Shown in pieces: positions 28,016 through 32,000 of a DNA stretch of 32,000 nucleotides. This stretch comes from Chlamydiales bacterium (GTDB lineage: Bacteria > Chlamydiota > Chlamydiia > Chlamydiales > JAAKFR01). The stretch is from NCBI GenBank assembly GCA_041395025.1, contig JAWLBH010000001.1:750001-782000 (forward strand). The letters run 5' to 3'. How positions within the stretch are numbered: the stretch's first letter is position 1; each line of letters starts with the position of its first letter. The position numbers and the translations under genes are program-made. The notes beneath the pieces were generated by a model. It saw only the letters and a list, made by a program, of their open reading frames with translations, was not told the DNA's origin and ran no database searches.

Positions 28016-29105
28016 GTGGTTGAAGTTTTGGGATCGTTATCTGGGAATTCCTCTTCTATTTATCCTAGGTCTTTTCCGTAAAAAACGCTCTTTGCCTAAA
28101 AAGATAGAGAGGATTGGTCTGCTTAAAAGTGCAGGAATTGGCGATCTTGTTCTTCTTTCAGGAATCATAGAAGATTTAAAGGGAAAAGAAGTTCTTTTAT
28201 TTACAGGAGAGTCGAATAGGGAAATGGGAAAAATGATTCAAGGTGTCAAAGTCATTTCCTTACCTATTACTCATCCTTTCTCTGCTATGGTAAAGTTGCG
28301 TAAACATTCCGTCGATATTTGGATAGATTGTGATTCTTGGCCGCGTATTAGTGGCTTATTCACCCTTTTTTCCCGTTCTAAATATACGATTGGATTTAAA
28401 ACTCAAGGTCAGGGGCGTCATTGGGTGTATGATCTTTCAATTCCCTATGCGTTTTTTCATCATGAAATTGAAAATTATCGAGCCCTCATTCAACCACTAG
28501 CTATTGTTAGCAAACATCCTCCAAGGATTATAATTCGCCCGACTCATTCTGAGAAACGCGTTGTTGCTCATATGTTTTCAGGAGGATCAAAAGCTCATTT
28601 GAAAAAATGGCCTGAAAAGTATTGGAAAGAATTAATTCTGCGAATGACACATCTTGGTTATCAAGTTGATTTGACTGGAGATCGTAGTCAATATGAAGCA
28701 TTAAAGCGTTTTTCTCCTGAAGCTACGAATTATGCAGGAGCATTCTCATTAAGAGAAACAGCTCATCATTTAAAAAAATGTGTCTGTGTGATTAGTGTGG
28801 ATACAGGGATTATGCATCTAGCTGCTGCGATTGGATGTCCTGTCATTAGCCTCCATGGTCCCACTTCACCTAATAGATGGGGAGCAAAAGGTGAGCAAGT
28901 GATCTCCCTGATCCCTTTGATGAGATATTCACCCTGTATACAATTGGGGTTTGAATCGAAATGCAGAGAAAATCGGTGTCTGCAAGCCCTTACAGTGGAT
29001 CAGGTGTTTGACGCCTTCATAAAAATTACACATGGTATGACTCATGAAAATTCTTATTTTAGCCGGAGGAAGTGGGACGCGTCTCTGGCCTCTGTCTCGT
29101 GCTAA
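27996..29105 (+). CDS. Glycosyltransferase family 9 (LPS heptosyltransferase-like)
   Basis: The GT9 hallmarks are present: GIGDLVLLSG near the N-terminus and ISVDTGIMHLAAAIGCPVISLHGPTSPNRWG near the C-terminus. The gene overlaps GT1 by 20 nt and manC by 62 nt. Confidence 0.8.
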   Translation: MKERGNKWLKFWDRYLGIPLLFILGLFRKKRSLPKKIERIGLLKSAGIGDLVLLSGIIEDLKGKEVLLFTGESNREMGKMIQGVKVISLPITHPFSAMVKLRKHSVDIWIDCDSWPRISGLFTLFSRSKYTIGFKTQGQGRHWVYDLSIPYAFFHHEIENYRALIQPLAIVSKHPPRIIIRPTHSEKRVVAHMFSGGSKAHLKKWPEKYWKELILRMTHLGYQVDLTGDRSQYEALKRFSPEATNYAGAFSLRETAHHLKKCVCVISVDTGIMHLAAAIGCPVISLHGPTSPNRWGAKGEQVISLIPLMRYSPCIQLGFESKCRENRCLQALTVDQVFDAFIKITHGMTHENSYFSRRKWDASLASVSC

Positions 29106-30408
29106 CTATCCTAAACAATTTCTCCAGTTGTTTGGGAAAGAGTCATTTTTGCAAAAGACATTGCGACGTAACTTAGAAATTGCTCAAACTCTTTATATTC
29201 TCACGAATGAAGTTTACTTTTATGAAGTCTTAAAACAGGTAAAAGAGATTGACCCCAATCTTGAGTCTCATATTATTCTTGAACCAGAGCAAAAAGACAC
29301 AGCGCCTGCAATTGCTTACGCATTTGAAAAAATTGAAGAAGATGGAGTCTTTCTGATTACGCCTGCTGATCACATGATCAACCCAGTTGATAAATACCAT
29401 GAAGCGATCCTAAAAGCCGAAGACATTGCTTTAAAAGGAGACCTAGTGGCATTTGGTGTCCATCCTAATCGTCCAGCTACAGAATATGGATATATAAAAT
29501 TAGATGGAAGAGATGTGGAAGCATTTATTGAAAAACCAGATTTTAAAACAGCGTGTCATTACCTAGAAAGTGGAAATTATTTTTGGAATTCAGGAATGGT
29601 TGCCTTGACTAAAGAAACTTTTAGAAGAGAGGCAGGTTTACATGCTCCAGAATTGATTGAAGCTCCATTTTCCAAGATGCCAAATATTTCGTTTGACTAT
29701 GCAATCATGGAAAAAAGTGAGCGTATTTTCATGTTACCTCTTGATCTTTCTTGGTCTGATATTGGCTCTTGGGAAAATGTTTATGAATTTCTTCAAAAAG
29801 ATGAAGCTCAAAATGCTATTTGTGGAAATGTGATCACCCATCAAACAAAAAATTCTCTGATTCATGCTGAAAATCGTCTTGTTTCGACAATTGGAATCGA
29901 GGATCTTGTAGTCGTTGAAACAGATGATGTAGTCCTTGTCGCTAAAAAAACCTATGGGTCTCAGATAAAAGAGATGGTGGAAAAGCTTAAAAAGCTTGGT
30001 AAGAAAGAAATATTAGAACATCTCACTATTCGTCGTCCTTGGGGAACTTATACGGTCTTGATGAAAGGGGAAAGATATAAGATCAAATGGATTGAGGTCT
30101 ATCCGAAACAAAAATTAAGTTTACAAATGCATTATCATCGCAGTGAACATTGGGTCATTGTCAATGGAACAGCTAGAGTCACTATCAGTGATCAAGAGCA
30201 ATGTATTCATGAAGGAGAGAGTATCTTTGTCCCTAAATCTTCAATACACCGTGTAGAAAATCCAGGCAAGGTCTCACTTGAAATTATTGAAGTACAGGTA
30301 GGAGAATATTTAGAAGAAGATGATATTATTCGATTGGAAGATATTTACGGAAGATTAAAAGAAGATACAGCTTTTAATCTATTAAGGAAAAAATTTGATA
30401 ATGTATAA
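29044..30408 (+). CDS. manC: Mannose-1-phosphate guanylyltransferase / mannose-6-phosphate isomerase (bifunctional ManC/CpsB type)
   Basis: The N-terminus carries ILAGGSGTRLWPLSR...YPKQF. FIEKPD is present. The C-terminal cupin domain is RPWGTY...LSLQMHYHRSEHWVIVNGTA. Confidence 0.93.
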   Translation: MKILILAGGSGTRLWPLSRANYPKQFLQLFGKESFLQKTLRRNLEIAQTLYILTNEVYFYEVLKQVKEIDPNLESHIILEPEQKDTAPAIAYAFEKIEEDGVFLITPADHMINPVDKYHEAILKAEDIALKGDLVAFGVHPNRPATEYGYIKLDGRDVEAFIEKPDFKTACHYLESGNYFWNSGMVALTKETFRREAGLHAPELIEAPFSKMPNISFDYAIMEKSERIFMLPLDLSWSDIGSWENVYEFLQKDEAQNAICGNVITHQTKNSLIHAENRLVSTIGIEDLVVVETDDVVLVAKKTYGSQIKEMVEKLKKLGKKEILEHLTIRRPWGTYTVLMKGERYKIKWIEVYPKQKLSLQMHYHRSEHWVIVNGTARVTISDQEQCIHEGESIFVPKSSIHRVENPGKVSLEIIEVQVGEYLEEDDIIRLEDIYGRLKEDTAFNLLRKKFDNV

Positions 30409-30452
30409 AAATAGAACTTCTTTTATTCTTTATTGAAACCTTAGAAGGGAAT

Positions 30453-31394
30453 ATGCCTCTTTTTTTTGTTTTTTTGACTTTTTTTATTTGGTCCACCTCC
30501 TTTACCTTAGGAAAGGCGACATTAGAATATGCGCCTCCCCTATTTCTAACAGGAACACGGATGCTAATAGGAGGGTTAGTCATTTTAGCTTTTTTAGCAC
30601 TTTTTAAAAAAAGTGCTTTAAAATGCAAAAAGAGTCACATCTTTCCTTTAATTCTTCTCTCGATCTCTTCTGTTTACTTAACCAATATATTTGAATTCTG
30701 GGGCCTTCAATATTTGACTGCGGCTAAGGCTTGTTTTATTTATAGCCTATCTCCATTTCTTACAGCAGTTTTTTCCTATTTTCAGTTTAAAGAGAAATTG
30801 ACATCAAGAAAACTCTTAGGACTTATTGTAGGGTTTATTGGTTTTCTTCCTGTCCTTCTGAGTCAGTCAGGGGCAGAAGAGCTGTTAGGTGGATTTTCTT
30901 TTTTATCTTGGGCAGAACTGTCTTTAATTGCAGCCACGGTGACATCAGTATATGGGTGGGTACTTTTAAGAAAATTGGGTAAAGATGAAAAAATCTCTCC
31001 TCTTATGGCGAATGCTTCTTCGATGTCTTTAGGTGGGTTAATAGCTCTAACTCATTCATTTTTCGTTGATAGTTGGGTTCCAACACCGATTACAGATTAT
31101 ACCGGATTTTTTCAAGGTATTGTCTTGATGATTATCATTTCTAATTTGATTTGTTATAATCTTTATGGATGGTTATTGAAGTGGTTTACTGCAACTTTCC
31201 TTTCTTTTGCTGGTCTCACAACGCCTCTTTTTGCTGCCTTTTTTGGTTGGCTGATCTTAAATGAAACTGTCTCATGGGGATTTTTTCTATCTGTTGGAGT
31301 CATTTTATTTGGTCTTTGGTTAGTGTATGCTGAAGAATTACGCCTTGGCTATATCAGATGGACGAGCAAGAAAAATATCCAAAGAGCTATTTAA
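30453..31394 (+). CDS. EamA/DMT-superfamily transporter (10 TM)
   Basis: The 313-aa product has two tandem five-helix hydrophobic halves typical of the EamA repeat. The substrate cannot be told from the sequence. Confidence 0.8.
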   Translation: MPLFFVFLTFFIWSTSFTLGKATLEYAPPLFLTGTRMLIGGLVILAFLALFKKSALKCKKSHIFPLILLSISSVYLTNIFEFWGLQYLTAAKACFIYSLSPFLTAVFSYFQFKEKLTSRKLLGLIVGFIGFLPVLLSQSGAEELLGGFSFLSWAELSLIAATVTSVYGWVLLRKLGKDEKISPLMANASSMSLGGLIALTHSFFVDSWVPTPITDYTGFFQGIVLMIIISNLICYNLYGWLLKWFTATFLSFAGLTTPLFAAFFGWLILNETVSWGFFLSVGVILFGLWLVYAEELRLGYIRWTSKKNIQRAI

Positions 31395-31395
31395 G

Positions 31396-32000
31396 CTATT
31401 TTATTGCAGCTATTGTGCCATGACGGCCACTTTGTTTACACCTGCGGTAAGAGAAAAAGTCCTCTTTATGAGTATAAGTACAGAGATTAGCCATTTCGAT
31501 ATGATGAGAGAGAATCCCAGCCTGATTGAGTTGAAATTGTGAGATCTGCCAAAAATCAAAATAGGTGGGTTTGATTTGATAAGGCCAAAAAGTGCTGGGA
31601 AGCTCATTTTGGTAATGAATAAATTGAGCTGCTTCGGGCCCTAAGCTAGGAGAAATTCCTATAAGGAGATCTTGAGGCTGGGTACCGTAACGATCTTTCA
31701 TCTTTTGAATCGTCTTCCCGTAGATATTAGCTACACTTCCACGCCATCCTGCATGGACATTAGCCAGTGCATGATGGATCGGGTCATAAAAAATTGCAGC
31801 TTGGCAATCAGCATGTAAGATGAGAAGTCCTAATTTTTTTTTTTGTGTGATTAGAGCATCTCCTTCTTCTTGTAAACGAGCGGTTGCCTCTACAACCCTA
31901 TTCGAATGTATTTGGTAAAGGAGAGTAAAATCCTCGATCCCAAGAATAGTTAAGCCACGTTTTCTATTTATCGCTACTGCATGGGGATCATCCCCTTGAT
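31396..32000 (-). CDS. pgeF: YfiH/PgeF (DUF152, LACC1-type) family protein, C-terminal two-thirds; gene continues past the window end
   Basis: The track lists only 31396..31701. I translated further upstream by hand and the frame stays open to position 32000. It reads ...QGDDPHAVAINRKRGLTILGIEDFTLLYQIHSNRVVEATARLQEEGDALITQKKKLGLLILHADCQAAIFYDPIHHALANVHAGWRGSVANIYGKTIQKMKDRYG... The family motifs H-x-N-x-V, DA-x-x-T, ADC, HAGWRG and the C-terminal FFSYRR are present. Confidence 0.8.
   Translation of the reverse strand, partial: QGDDPHAVAINRKRGLTILGIEDFTLLYQIHSNRVVEATARLQEEGDALITQKKKLGLLILHADCQAAIFYDPIHHALANVHAGWRGSVANIYGKTIQKMKDRYGTQPQDLLIGISPSLGPEAAQFIHYQNELPSTFWPYQIKPTYFDFWQISQFQLNQAGILSHHIEMANLCTYTHKEDFFSYRRCKQSGRHGTIAAIK

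Noticed and set aside
29044-29105. I considered the 62-nt overlap between the GT9 gene and manC as a sign of a frameshift or pseudogene.
   Set aside because: Both proteins are full-length with intact terminal motifs. The GT9 tail after the conserved C-terminal block is simply an unconserved extension. No internal stops or broken domains are seen.
1-32000. I looked across the whole window for CRISPR arrays, IS elements or transposases, integrases, prophage genes, toxin-antitoxin pairs and known defence-system signatures.
   Set aside because: No regularly spaced direct repeats are present. No DDE, tyrosine- or serine-recombinase-like ORFs are present. No long terminal inverted repeats are present. 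Every long ORF is accounted for by housekeeping or chlamydia-typical genes.

Overview
The window reads as a chromosomal segment from a member of the Chlamydiota. It is AT-rich and probably from a non-Chlamydiaceae ('environmental') lineage. That call rests on gene content and on several short synteny blocks that I recall from Chlamydia genomes. These blocks are nqrA-small hypothetical-long greA, rdgB/ung, a GlmU-like LbH protein with ispA, recA-ygfA-three conserved hypotheticals-yggT-dus, and trpS-uvrB next to thrS-parA-pGP6-D-like-CT584-like. I call about 34 protein-coding genes and one tRNA-Pro(GGG). Gene packing is very tight, with many ATGA or short start/stop overlaps. I found no rRNA, CRISPR array, transposase, integrase, prophage or recognisable defence/toxin-antitoxin module. 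Most of the window is ordinary housekeeping: respiration, transcription, DNA repair, two aminoacyl-tRNA synthetases and isoprenoid synthesis. No unambiguous novel system is visible from sequence alone. Five loci merit follow-up. (1) Three translationally coupled 'hypotheticals' (9797-13067) whose architecture and order resemble PilM-PilN fusion/GspL, then PilO/GspM, then a lipoprotein. (2) A 16-codon aromatic-rich uORF overlapping a terminator-like hairpin in front of a tyrP-tyrP-trpS-uvrB overlapping gene string. (3) A low-GC gene inserted into conserved synteny that encodes an Inc-like bilobed membrane anchor fused to a clan-CE (Ulp1/ChlaDub-like) cysteine protease. (4) A thrS-coupled ParA/pGP6-D-like/CT584-like module. 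(5) A gmd-GT1-GT9-manC-EamA glycan cluster that is unexpected for chlamydial rough-type LPS and lacks the second-step GDP-sugar enzyme. All functional assignments come from motif recognition by eye and remembered synteny. No searches were run.
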